Counted from the stretch's first letter, positions 19,560 through 27,588 are shown. The stretch is DNA of 40,625 nucleotides from a virus (IMGVR_UViG_3300049135_000090:1-40625), one strand, 5' to 3'. Numbers and translations: made by a program. Notes: generated from the letters alone by a model not told the origin.

Positions 19560-19748
19560 ATGGAGGCCGCTCAGGTCAACCGCGTGTTCGCGTGGGCTCA
19601 GCAGCGGTACGCGAGAACAGCGTGCCCCTCGTGCGGGGGCCGGTCCACCTCCGCCCTCGTCTACATGGAGATCGTGAGCGTCGCGTGTGACGAATGCGGC
19701 GAGGTGGCCCCACAAGGCCGGCTGACGCGCCGTCCCTCGCACGCCTGA
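19560..19748 (+). CDS. Small zinc-ribbon protein
   Basis: CPSC..CDEC; starts 2 nt after the DUF397 stop. Confidence 0.5.
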   Translation: MEAAQVNRVFAWAQQRYARTACPSCGGRSTSALVYMEIVSVACDECGEVAPQGRLTRRPSHA

Positions 19749-19812
19749 GCACCTGCCGGATCCTCCCCAACGGCCCCGGCCGGTCTGCGTCCCCGTCGCA
19801 GGCCGGTCGGGG

Positions 19813-20049
19813 CTACATCCGTAGGAGGTCGGCGAGCCGGATGTTCACCGCGTCGGCGATCTGCAGCAGGAGACCGAGGCTCGGATCGCTGGTCGCCTGC
19901 TCGATGCGGTGAATCGTCTTCAGGTCGACGCCGACCAGGTCGCTGAGTTTCTCCTGTGTGAGGTTGGCCTGCAGGCGTGCCTCCCGGATGCGCTCGCCGA
20001 TCATCTGGCGGCGGATGAGCACCCATGCGGGCTGCGGGTAAGTCGGCAC
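19813..20049 (-). CDS. Small XRE HTH regulator
   Basis: IGERIREARLQANLTQEKLSDLVGVDLKTIHRIEQATSDPSL. Confidence 0.9.
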   Translation of the reverse strand: MPTYPQPAWVLIRRQMIGERIREARLQANLTQEKLSDLVGVDLKTIHRIEQATSDPSLGLLLQIADAVNIRLADLLRM

Positions 20050-20082
20050 CCCACAACGCTCTGTTGATCATGAAGGCGTGTC

Positions 20083-20100
20083 TTTACCTGACCAGGTAAA
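20083..20100. promoter_or_regulatory. Candidate operator TTTACCTG-AC-CAGGTAAA in AT-richer divergent promoter region
   Basis: 8-bp perfect inverted repeat upstream of the small XRE gene. Confidence 0.6.
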
Positions 20101-20331
20101 TTACATGATCTTGAATCGCCAGCCTGTGCGGTTCTACAAAAGTCGACGCCTCCCAGGTTTTCGCTGGTGAGATAGGCAACCCTTAGCGACATCGAAAGTT
20201 TGCTCGAATTACTGTGTGTGGTCTTGACGATACGTTTCGGCCACGTAATGTACGTAGCCCAAGAGACATCTGGCATATGCCCGCGCATGCGCGACCCCCC
20301 ACGGCACGCACGAACTTGGAGGGACTGAGTT

Positions 20332-21063
20332 ATGTCGTCCGAGCTGATAGTTGGCCTGGTCCTGGGGGCAATCGCGGTAGGCATCGCCGGGTTGTACGCC
20401 ATCGCCAGAAAGGTGATGGCGGGCATCGACGCCCTGCGGTCGGAGATCGCTATGGCCCGCATCGAGGGCATCCTCGGGTCGCGGCCGGACGGCAACGGCG
20501 GCGGCGGCGAGCGCCCCGTCCTCGGCCGGCGCAAGCGTCACCTCGGTGTCGTTTCAGCCATGGCGGGCGTAGCTGTGGGTGCCGCGGCGTGGATGCGTGA
20601 CCACCGGGCCGCCAGCATGAGCCTTGCGGCGGCCGCTGCGGCGGTGGCAATCGCGGCCACCCTCATGGCCGACGGCGGCGGTACCCGCCAGGGGGAGGGC
20701 CCGGCGGGGCAAGAGCCGACGGCCACGGTCACCACCTCGTTCCTGCCGACGGCCACCAGCTCGAGCACGTCGGCCGCCCCCACCACGCCGCAGCTCTCGC
20801 CGTCGCCCTCGGCCCGACCGCCCGTGCGCGCCACGGACCGGCGCCCTGCCACCACGGTGGCGCTGCCCCGGCCGACCGGCCCGGGCCTGACGCTGCCGCC
20901 CGAGGTGCCGTCCGCATCTCCGTCGCCGTCGCCGACCACGCCTGAGGCGCCGTCCCCGACCACCACCAGCCCTACGCCGTCGCGGCCGCCCGGACGGGAT
21001 CCCCACTGCCTGCGCCTCGAGCTCCTGGACCTGGTCGACGCCGGCACCTGCGTCAGCCTGTAG
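20332..21063 (+). CDS. Membrane protein with Pro/Thr/Ser-rich stalk (moron)
   Basis: RBS GGAGGG; hydrophobic segments, long P/T/S low-complexity tract, two C-terminal Cys. Confidence 0.75.
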   Translation: MSSELIVGLVLGAIAVGIAGLYAIARKVMAGIDALRSEIAMARIEGILGSRPDGNGGGGERPVLGRRKRHLGVVSAMAGVAVGAAAWMRDHRAASMSLAAAAAAVAIAATLMADGGGTRQGEGPAGQEPTATVTTSFLPTATSSSTSAAPTTPQLSPSPSARPPVRATDRRPATTVALPRPTGPGLTLPPEVPSASPSPSPTTPEAPSPTTTSPTPSRPPGRDPHCLRLELLDLVDAGTCVSL

Positions 21064-21099
21064 GTCAGCAGGCCGCTGCCTGCGCCCACGAACCATGAA

Positions 21100-21127
21100 G
21101 GGGACCCCGGAGGAGTCCGGGGTCCCC
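21100..21127. terminator. Bidirectional terminator hairpin
   Basis: 12-bp stem GGGGACCCCGGA/TCCGGGGTCCCC between convergent genes. Confidence 0.75.
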
Positions 21128-21143
21128 CTCACCGCGTACACCC

Positions 21144-22955
21144 TCAGGCAGTCGCCTGCTGCCCATCCTGCGCCGTCGCCGACGGATTGAGGCCGCAGAC
21201 CCGCAGGGCGTCGGCACGGGCCTGCTCGTAGGCGGCCACCACCGCGCCTCGGGACAAGCCCCACGCCGATGCTCTGGTCTCGCCCGTCGGCTGCCACTCC
21301 GCACTCTTCAGGAACAGTTCATCGGTGTACTCCTCCTCCCACTCCCACACCCAGCGGACGCGCGGCTCGTGGTCCTCTGGGCGCACGACTCGTTCGGTGC
21401 CATCCGCTGAGTAGAGAGCCGGGCCGACGCTCCACACCTGGACACGATCCGGGACCTCGTGGCGGACCTGGAGGAGGCCGCCGCCCCGGCCGCCGCCGGT
21501 GGCCGTGCGCGTCCACCAAGCCGCCGACCACACCTCGACCAGCGCCGCCTCACCCTTGTCCAGCTGCCACTGCTCGGCAACGGCCCGGGCATCGTCGACC
21601 TTCCAGAAGCCCTCCTTGTGATCGCCGAAGTGGACGACGTACACGCGCCGGGAGCCCTCGGACGCCGCGCGCTCCGACAGCTCGTACGGAACCTCTTCCG
21701 AGTCCATCTCCATCTCCGGGCCGGTCGGCCCGCCGAGGGTGGCCTCGATCGTCTTCATGGCCTCGTCGTCGGCCTCGGGCAGGAGGTGGCCGTAGCGGTC
21801 GGACGTGGTGGTGATGGACTCGTGGCCCAGGCGCCGCTGTACGTACGTCAGGCCACGGCCGGCCGACAGCAGCGCGGCCGCATGGCTGTGCCTCAGGTCA
21901 TGCAGCGTCGGGCTCTTCTCCGCGGGCAGCCCGCCGGCCTCCTTCGCCCGCTCCACGGCCGCCGTCCACCGGTCGTAGAACGTCGAGTAGGGCAAACGCT
22001 CGCCCTGGCCGTTGTGAAAGATCAGGTCACCGGGCTTGAGCGCCTCGAGGCCGTGGTCCAGCAGGTCGTTCCATGTGGAGGCGCTGACGCGGATCGTGCG
22101 GCGCGACCGCTTCGACTTCGGCTTGCCCAGGTAGTAGCCCTCGCCCGGCTTGCGCTTCCAGGCACGGGAGACCTGCAGCTTGGTCTTCCCGCCGTCCCTC
22201 ACGTCCACCTTGGCGTGCCGCTTCGCCAGGGCCGTGATCTCGCCCCAGCGGAAGCCGGTCCCGTACTTCACCCGCACCAGCCGCTTGTCCTCCGGCCGCT
22301 GCAGCTGCTCGACGATCGCCTCCACTTCCTCGGGCAGCAGGAACGTCATGTCCTCGTCGCCCTCGTCCTCCACGCCGTCGTCGTCGGTGCGCGGCAGCGA
22401 GACCAGCTCGCACGGGTTGCGTGCCCGCAGGGGCGGCTCTTCCTGTACGGCCTCCTTGAGGATGGAGGACAGCAAACCGTGCAGGTTCTTGAGGGTCTTC
22501 GGGCTCATCTCCTTGTGGACCGAGCCGCGCCACACCTTCGTCTGGGACATCTTGTTGACCCAGGCCGAGATGGTCCGCTTCGAGAAGTGCTCCGTGCTGC
22601 GGACGTCGCAGTTCCCGAAAGTGGGCAGGATGTAGGTCCGCAGCTCCTTCTCGATCGCGTCGCGGTAGTGCTTCTCGACCGCGGTACGGTTCTTGATCGA
22701 CTCCAGTGCGTACGCCTCGAAGCGGTACCGCTCCTCGACGTCGGCCGTGGGGTCGATGTACCCCTGGCCCTTCACCCAGCCGGGCGGCCACTGCTGGCCA
22801 GCCTCGTCGACCGCGTCCTTGAAGAGCTCGGCGGCCGGCTCCTCTTTGAACGACTCGGTCTGCCAGTCGCCGTTACGGCCACCACCCAGCCGCCACTTGA
22901 CCTGGTAGCTGGTGATCTCTCCTGCGCGGTTCTTCCGCGGGTGCACACTCGCCAT
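21144..22955 (-). CDS. int: Tyrosine integrase with long C-terminal extension (603 aa)
   Basis: TGFRWGE (R), PKS (K), HDLRHSH, LGHESITTTSDRYGH (H, Y); start MASVHPRKN has TAGCGT -10 7 nt upstream. Confidence 0.95.
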   Translation of the reverse strand: MASVHPRKNRAGEITSYQVKWRLGGGRNGDWQTESFKEEPAAELFKDAVDEAGQQWPPGWVKGQGYIDPTADVEERYRFEAYALESIKNRTAVEKHYRDAIEKELRTYILPTFGNCDVRSTEHFSKRTISAWVNKMSQTKVWRGSVHKEMSPKTLKNLHGLLSSILKEAVQEEPPLRARNPCELVSLPRTDDDGVEDEGDEDMTFLLPEEVEAIVEQLQRPEDKRLVRVKYGTGFRWGEITALAKRHAKVDVRDGGKTKLQVSRAWKRKPGEGYYLGKPKSKRSRRTIRVSASTWNDLLDHGLEALKPGDLIFHNGQGERLPYSTFYDRWTAAVERAKEAGGLPAEKSPTLHDLRHSHAAALLSAGRGLTYVQRRLGHESITTTSDRYGHLLPEADDEAMKTIEATLGGPTGPEMEMDSEEVPYELSERAASEGSRRVYVVHFGDHKEGFWKVDDARAVAEQWQLDKGEAALVEVWSAAWWTRTATGGGRGGGLLQVRHEVPDRVQVWSVGPALYSADGTERVVRPEDHEPRVRWVWEWEEEYTDELFLKSAEWQPTGETRASAWGLSRGAVVAAYEQARADALRVCGLNPSATAQDGQQATA

Positions 22956-22975
22956 GGGTGTGACGCTAAACCACC

Positions 22976-23213
22976 GTGTTCCCAATGTGTTCCCACGGGA
23001 CGAAAGAATCACGGCGGGAACCCGCCATCGCCGCAGGTGAGCCGCCGTATGAGCAGATGTGCCCGGAGCCGGACTTGAACCGCAACCGGACACCCTCCTG
23101 ACCTGCGACAACGCTGCGACCAGCTCCTGAGGCCGCCCGTTCGACTCAGTTCGAGTCAGTTCGAAGCATCTCAGAGGCGTTCGGTGTTCCCGTGGGAACA
23201 CGGGTAGGAACAC
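22976..23213. other. attP: attP region: tRNA-derived core, arm-type repeats, putative Xis sites
   Basis: GTGTTCCC at 22976, 22987 and 23184; inverted copies at 23194 and 23206 (one mismatch); core 23059-23082; three 10-bp tandem GTTCGA repeats at 23139-23168. Confidence 0.88.
23059..23082 (-). other. attP common core = 3' end (T arm plus acceptor strand) of a tRNA-Leu, probably bldA
   Basis: Minus strand CGGTTCAAGTCCGGCTCCGGGCAC: T-loop TTCAAGT, acceptor strand TCCGGGC, discriminator A; assignment to bldA is from recalled sequence. Confidence 0.8.
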
Positions 23214-23253
23214 GCAGGCCAAGGCAACTGATGGCGGTTCACCGCCACTGTCG

Positions 23254-23691
23254 TCACCCCGCCCGCTGCGCGCGCCACTTGGCCTCGAGCTCGGACCGCA
23301 ACGCGGTCGGGATGCGATCGCCGAGCCTGCGCATCACATCCACCTGCACCCGCGGAGGCAGGTCAGCCAGGATCGTCAGGATGGCTTCGGCGCGGGGGTC
23401 GATCTCCTCCAGAGGTGCTGGCGCTTCCGGCTCGCCCTCGGCCGGCAAGTCCTCGAGCGACCTAGGTTCATCGCCGCTGAGGACGTCGTCGGCGCTCCCC
23501 TGCTGCCACTGCAGCGCCCGCTCGAGACGCCGATACGTGAGCGGCTTGACGGTCACACCCTTACGGATCTTGGACAGCGTCTCAACGGAGAAGCCGGCCC
23601 GCTGCGCCACCTCGGTGTACTCAAGACCGAGGTCGGAGATGCGGCTCTCCACTTTCTTACCCAGCCTGATGGGCCCCGTGTAAGCCGTCAT
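23254..23691 (-). CDS. Immunity repressor (XRE HTH)
   Basis: LGLEYTEVAQRAGFSVETLSKIRKG HTH; divergent from cro; TTGGAG-N18-TACTCT-N6-ATG leaderless promoter. Confidence 0.85.
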   Translation of the reverse strand: MTAYTGPIRLGKKVESRISDLGLEYTEVAQRAGFSVETLSKIRKGVTVKPLTYRRLERALQWQQGSADDVLSGDEPRSLEDLPAEGEPEAPAPLEEIDPRAEAILTILADLPPRVQVDVMRRLGDRIPTALRSELEAKWRAQRAG

Positions 23692-23723
23692 GGGCCGAGA
23701 GTACCGCGCCATTCCAACGCGCT

Positions 23724-23870
23724 CCAAGGTTGGTTTAGGTCTTCACTCTTCCGCCACGCCTCGCCTCAACGTTCCATAAATTTGGAACCCCTTCAGGCCA
23801 ACTCAGTCCAAGGTTGACCAAATTACTCGACGGTACGGCTTGATTGGGGCCAACGTTGGAGTACGTTGGA
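23724..23870. promoter_or_regulatory. Lysis/lysogeny switch with CCAASGTTGG operators
   Basis: CCAAGGTTGG 23724-23733, TCAACGTTCC 23766-23775, CCAAGGTTGA 23807-23816, CCAACGTTGG 23850-23859. Confidence 0.75.
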
Positions 23871-23873
23871 GTC

Positions 23874-24092
23874 ATGTTGAGCCTCAAGGTCGACGGAGCG
23901 AAGGCGCGTCGGATCCGGGAGGGCCGCGGCCTGTCGGTCGTCGCCGTCGCGGACGCCGCCGGCTGCTCCAAGTGGCAGATCTACAAGATCGAGAAAGGCG
24001 ACTCGCAGCCGTCTGCGCAGGTCTATGCAGGCATGAAGCGCGTCCTCGAGGCCGGCGACACGGAGCTCCAGGCGGACGGAGGCGCGATATGA
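23874..24092 (+). CDS. Cro-like HTH regulator
   Basis: RRIREGRGLSVVAVADAAGCSKWQIYKIEKGDSQPS; TACGTT -10 6 nt before ATG. Confidence 0.85.
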   Translation: MLSLKVDGAKARRIREGRGLSVVAVADAAGCSKWQIYKIEKGDSQPSAQVYAGMKRVLEAGDTELQADGGAI

Positions 24093-24355
24093 GCAGCGAG
24101 GACCTGAAGAACTACCCGGTGGATGAAGCCGTCGAGATTCTCGGCTGCAAGAAGAGCTATCTCCTCAACAACCTGGGCCGGTTCCAGCACCAGAAGATCG
24201 GCCGCGAGGTCGTCTTCGACGCCGAGGACCTGAGGGCCTTCAAGGAGATGCACCGCGTCCGTCCCGCCCAGGACACGCCGACCGCGCAGGAGTCCACCGC
24301 GCCGACGTCGTACCGCGACCTCCGGCCCGTCGGCGGCCGCCGCCGTACTGCCTGA
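24089..24355 (+). CDS. Excisionase / HTH_17-like DNA-binding protein
   Basis: YPVDEAVEILGCKKSYL..HQKIGREVVFDAEDL winged-helix pattern after cro. Confidence 0.75.
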   Translation: MSSEDLKNYPVDEAVEILGCKKSYLLNNLGRFQHQKIGREVVFDAEDLRAFKEMHRVRPAQDTPTAQESTAPTSYRDLRPVGGRRRTA

Positions 24356-24443
24356 CCCCGGACATGAGTCGGGGCCGCCCGGACCCTGGCCGGTCCCTGG
24401 CAGCCCCTACGGCACACCTCACCAACAGAGAAGAGAGGTCACC

Positions 24444-24839
24444 GTGACCATCAACCATATCCGTCAGCTTCACGAGCAGGGATCGCCGATCCTGCTGCTC
24501 GCCCAGCTGCACCGCGAGTTGAAGCACCTGCCCAGCGCCACCTTCGGCATCGACACTCACATCCCGGGGCAGCTGGACATCAGCCTGCACCCCGCGTCGA
24601 ACGAGATGCCTGCGATGGAGGCCTTCGAGGTCTGGCGGACCGCGCTCGGGCTCGACAAGCCGCACATGCTCCGGTCGGGCGCTCTCGCTTGGCTCACCGC
24701 CGAGGGCGACGTGCACGACGTGCCCGTCAAACTGACCGCCTTCGGCACCCAGGACGAGGTCACGACCGCGGCATCTGCCGTCGGTGTCGAGGCCCCTGCG
24801 TCGTGGTCCGAGAACGCCGCGACGGTGGTGCCGGCATGA
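24444..24839 (+). CDS. Hypothetical early protein
   Basis: RBS AGAGG; ATGA-coupled to next gene. Confidence 0.7.
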   Translation: MTINHIRQLHEQGSPILLLAQLHRELKHLPSATFGIDTHIPGQLDISLHPASNEMPAMEAFEVWRTALGLDKPHMLRSGALAWLTAEGDVHDVPVKLTAFGTQDEVTTAASAVGVEAPASWSENAATVVPA

Positions 24840-25114
24840 CGACCATCGGCTTCCCGCCCCGTACGCCCGAGCAGTGGGACGTCCCGCCCGCCCGTCTGGC
24901 GGCGGACATGGCCTCCCTGGTGGACCGGCAGCGGCAGCAGCGCGCCGACCAGCTCGAGAGGGAGCTGTCCGAGCTGCGCGCCCACGCCCGCCAGCGGCTG
25001 GCCGAACGCGGCACCACGCCGTTGCCCGAGCACTGGGACCAGTGGCACGAATGGCTCGACATCGACCCCGACCTGCGCGGCCGCGACTACGGCCGACCGG
25101 GCGGTGCCCGATGA
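24836..25114 (+). CDS. Hypothetical protein (coiled coil)
   Basis: ATGA overlaps on both sides. Confidence 0.65.
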   Translation: MTTIGFPPRTPEQWDVPPARLAADMASLVDRQRQQRADQLERELSELRAHARQRLAERGTTPLPEHWDQWHEWLDIDPDLRGRDYGRPGGAR

Positions 25115-25554
25115 ACACACGCACCACCTACGACCTCGACGGCGTCACCATCGACCTGACACGCGTGCAGATCGACGTCTACGGAGCGCGCTGGACCTGG
25201 ACCGGCCTGGTCACTCCCGACCGGCATGTGCCGCTCATGCAGTCCGGCACCGACACCCCGCTCCCCCTCGACGACGTGTACGCCACGTACGGGCCGCTCA
25301 TCCCCGCGCCCGCGCCGCTCACGTCGGCCGTCCTCCGCGCTGTTCTCGCACCCGAGGCACCGGACCCGCAGTGCACGGACTGCCACGACGTCGGCTGCCC
25401 GGCATGCATCCGCCCGCCGCTGCCGACCCGCCCGGTCCTCCGCTCCCCGGCCGCCGCGGTCGGCGTGCTGACCGCCGCCGCGCCGGCCGGGCCGGCCGCG
25501 ACGCCGTCCACGTTCGCCCGCCTCCTCACCCGCCTGCGCGGAGGTGCCCGATGA
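25111..25554 (+). CDS. Hypothetical Streptomyces phage protein (phiSA1 p31-like)
   Basis: DL.R..D..G..WTWTG..PLM..L.DVY..YGPLIP pattern; coupled start and stop. Confidence 0.6.
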   Translation: MNTRTTYDLDGVTIDLTRVQIDVYGARWTWTGLVTPDRHVPLMQSGTDTPLPLDDVYATYGPLIPAPAPLTSAVLRAVLAPEAPDPQCTDCHDVGCPACIRPPLPTRPVLRSPAAAVGVLTAAAPAGPAATPSTFARLLTRLRGGAR

Positions 25555-26423
25555 ATCGCAACCAGGAGCAGGGGAAGGACACCGCGCCCTGCGGCGAGTC
25601 CACCCCTGAACTGGCGGCCGCCGTCGCCGCGATGGGCGCCCTGCCGATGCCCGCCGGCCCCGACACGGCCGCCGCCGACAACGTGCGCTCCGTGATCACG
25701 GCGGCGATCGGTGAGGCGAAGCCCGCACGTGATGGCCTCCTCGTGTCACTCGCACAGTCGGTCAAGGACCGCGCCGAGCACGACCACGACACCGCAGCGG
25801 ACTGGGACTGGTACTGCCTCAACCTCTCCGGATACATGGGCGATCGCATGGGCTCGGTACTGCGCCGCCTGGTCGACGCCGAGACGGAGCGCGACACGCT
25901 GCGGGCTCGGGTCGCCGAGTTGGCAGCCGCGGCCGGTGACGGCAGCACGCGCACGGTCGACGAGGACCCGATCGCGTACTCGCTGACCCCGGAGGCGCTG
26001 CACGCCGCGTCGGGTGCGGTCATCGAGACGCCGACCCGGTCGGAGGACGTGGCCCCGCAGGCGCAGAAGCTGCGTGGCCTGCTCGCCCGGCAGCGCGCCG
26101 CGGTTGAGGACCCGCACGACTCGGAGCTGCACCACGACTACCGCGTCGGCCGCGACCTGCCCGAGGTAACGGCATGGGCTGGAGTAACGGACATCGCCCC
26201 TCCCGGGGAGGTTCAGCACCTGGCCGCCACCGGGTTGGTCGGATATCGGCAGGACCAGGGGCGACTGCTGCACTGCCTGATGCACAAGCCCGCCCCTGCA
26301 TCCCGGTACGCCGACTTTCACGAGGTGACTGCGGAGGACCTGGACGACGGCGGCATGTGTGTCCACCCCCGCTGCGGCCGGGACCTGCTCGCCTCCTGGC
26401 CCGCGGCCGAGGTGACGCCGTGA
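25551..26423 (+). CDS. Hypothetical protein
   Basis: GGAGG RBS; GALPMP, LRARVAEL and EDPHDS.LHHDYRVGRDLP segments; C-terminal Cys/His cluster. Confidence 0.7.
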   Translation: MNRNQEQGKDTAPCGESTPELAAAVAAMGALPMPAGPDTAAADNVRSVITAAIGEAKPARDGLLVSLAQSVKDRAEHDHDTAADWDWYCLNLSGYMGDRMGSVLRRLVDAETERDTLRARVAELAAAAGDGSTRTVDEDPIAYSLTPEALHAASGAVIETPTRSEDVAPQAQKLRGLLARQRAAVEDPHDSELHHDYRVGRDLPEVTAWAGVTDIAPPGEVQHLAATGLVGYRQDQGRLLHCLMHKPAPASRYADFHEVTAEDLDDGGMCVHPRCGRDLLASWPAAEVTP

Positions 26424-26596
26424 GGGTCCTCATCTGGGTGGCCATCTCCACCGTCGTGTACGTGACGAGCCTGCCGCTGTTCTTCCGGCTCGTCCACGCC
26501 GACCACCTCACGCCCGCCTGGCTGCGGGCGTGGGCGGCCCGGCTCCCGCTCACCCTGGCCGCACTTCTCCTGATCCTCGGAGGCACTTCATCGTGA
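26420..26596 (+). CDS. Small membrane protein
   Basis: Two hydrophobic segments; GTGA overlaps. Confidence 0.6.
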   Translation: MRVLIWVAISTVVYVTSLPLFFRLVHADHLTPAWLRAWAARLPLTLAALLLILGGTSS

Positions 26597-27045
26597 CCAC
26601 ACGCGAGTTGATCGCCGCCCTGCTCAAGGAGGGGGCGACATACGACCACATCCGGGCCGAGGTCCGGGTCTCGTACGGAACGATCACCGCCGTCCGCAAG
26701 GCGGCCGGCCTGCCCGAGCGGCGCAAGAGCTACGCGCTGAACAAGCCCGCCGGTGAAGCGTTCGACGACCGCACAGAACGCACTGATGACGGCCACCGCC
26801 TGTGGACTGGGCACACCGCCCACGGATGTGCCCAGTTGGCCCACGCCGGTCGCCGCGAGAGCCCACGCCGGTTCGCGTTCCGCCTCGCCTACGGCCGTGA
26901 ACCGATCGGCTACGTCAAGGCCGGCTGCGGCGTAGAGGAATGCTTCGAGCCGTTCCACCAGGAAGACCGGCCGATGCGCGAGCGGGACCGGGCGACCTTC
27001 GCCGCCATCTTCGGCAGCCTGCCGGAGGCGTCCGATGCTTCCTAA
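26593..27045 (+). CDS. HTH plus degenerate HNH-like zinc-loop protein
   Basis: N-terminal HTH-like; H.LWTG..RRFAFRLAYGREP.G.V..C....C..P.H. Confidence 0.6.
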   Translation: MTTRELIAALLKEGATYDHIRAEVRVSYGTITAVRKAAGLPERRKSYALNKPAGEAFDDRTERTDDGHRLWTGHTAHGCAQLAHAGRRESPRRFAFRLAYGREPIGYVKAGCGVEECFEPFHQEDRPMRERDRATFAAIFGSLPEASDAS

Positions 27046-27340
27046 CTGGGTCCTCTTCCTCTTCATGGCCGTGCTGCTCGCCGGGATCGTGGCCGTGCTG
27101 ACCGCGACGTTCTGCGGACTACTCGCCTGCGTCCGGTGGCTGCAGGGCGCGGTCGCCTACGTGCGCAGCGAGCGCCGTACGGCACGTCGCCGCGCCCAGC
27201 TGGTGCAGCTGCTCGCCGACCCGGACGTGCAGTACGTCCCTTGCCACGCCCTGGGCTGCGGGCACATGAGCACCCCACACCACCCGGACACGGACGGGGT
27301 CCTGCGCTGCGAGGCGTGCGGTACTCCGGCCGTCCGGTGA
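27035..27340 (+). CDS. Membrane-anchored Cys/His protein
   Basis: N-terminal TM; CH..CGH..PH..CEAC; RBS GGAGG. Confidence 0.65.
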   Translation: MLPNWVLFLFMAVLLAGIVAVLTATFCGLLACVRWLQGAVAYVRSERRTARRRAQLVQLLADPDVQYVPCHALGCGHMSTPHHPDTDGVLRCEACGTPAVR

Positions 27341-27588
27341 CGCCCCGCCGCCGCCGGCCGTGCGAACTCCCCCTCAAGCCGCACGGCCTTGGCCACGCCC
27401 GCCTGTACGTGTGCGGCTGGCGCTGCGACAAGCACACACCGAACGCCTTGCGCGGTCTGCCGGAAGCCCCGCCCGGGTCCGGCTGGCCGCCCGGCAACTA
27501 CCTCAACCAGCGTGCCCTCGAGGACCAGGAGCAGGCCCATGACGACCGCACCATCCCGCCCGACGCCGCTCGACATCGCGAACCGTGA
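27337..27588 (+). CDS. Small Cys/His protein
   Basis: C..H..RLY.CGWRCDKHTP motif; GTGA overlap. Confidence 0.55.
   Translation: MTPRRRRPCELPLKPHGLGHARLYVCGWRCDKHTPNALRGLPEAPPGSGWPPGNYLNQRALEDQEQAHDDRTIPPDAARHREP

Noticed and set aside
23033-23106. GCAGGTSA inverted motifs around the att core, with another copy at 40541-40548
   Set aside because: Could be host-factor sites, but the 8-mer also occurs in ordinary coding sequence of this GC-rich genome; not distinguishable from chance by eye
23040-23140. Complete phage tRNA gene
   Set aside because: Only the T arm and 3' acceptor strand are present; no D arm or anticodon arm, so it is an att core
22956-23222. N-terminal 89-aa extension of integrase in the ORF track
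   Set aside because: It runs through attP; the MASV start at 22955 has a properly placed -10 and a typical integrase N-terminus
23059-23691. Integration-dependent immunity (attP inside the repressor gene)
   Set aside because: The core lies about 170 bp beyond the repressor stop codon, so integration would not truncate it
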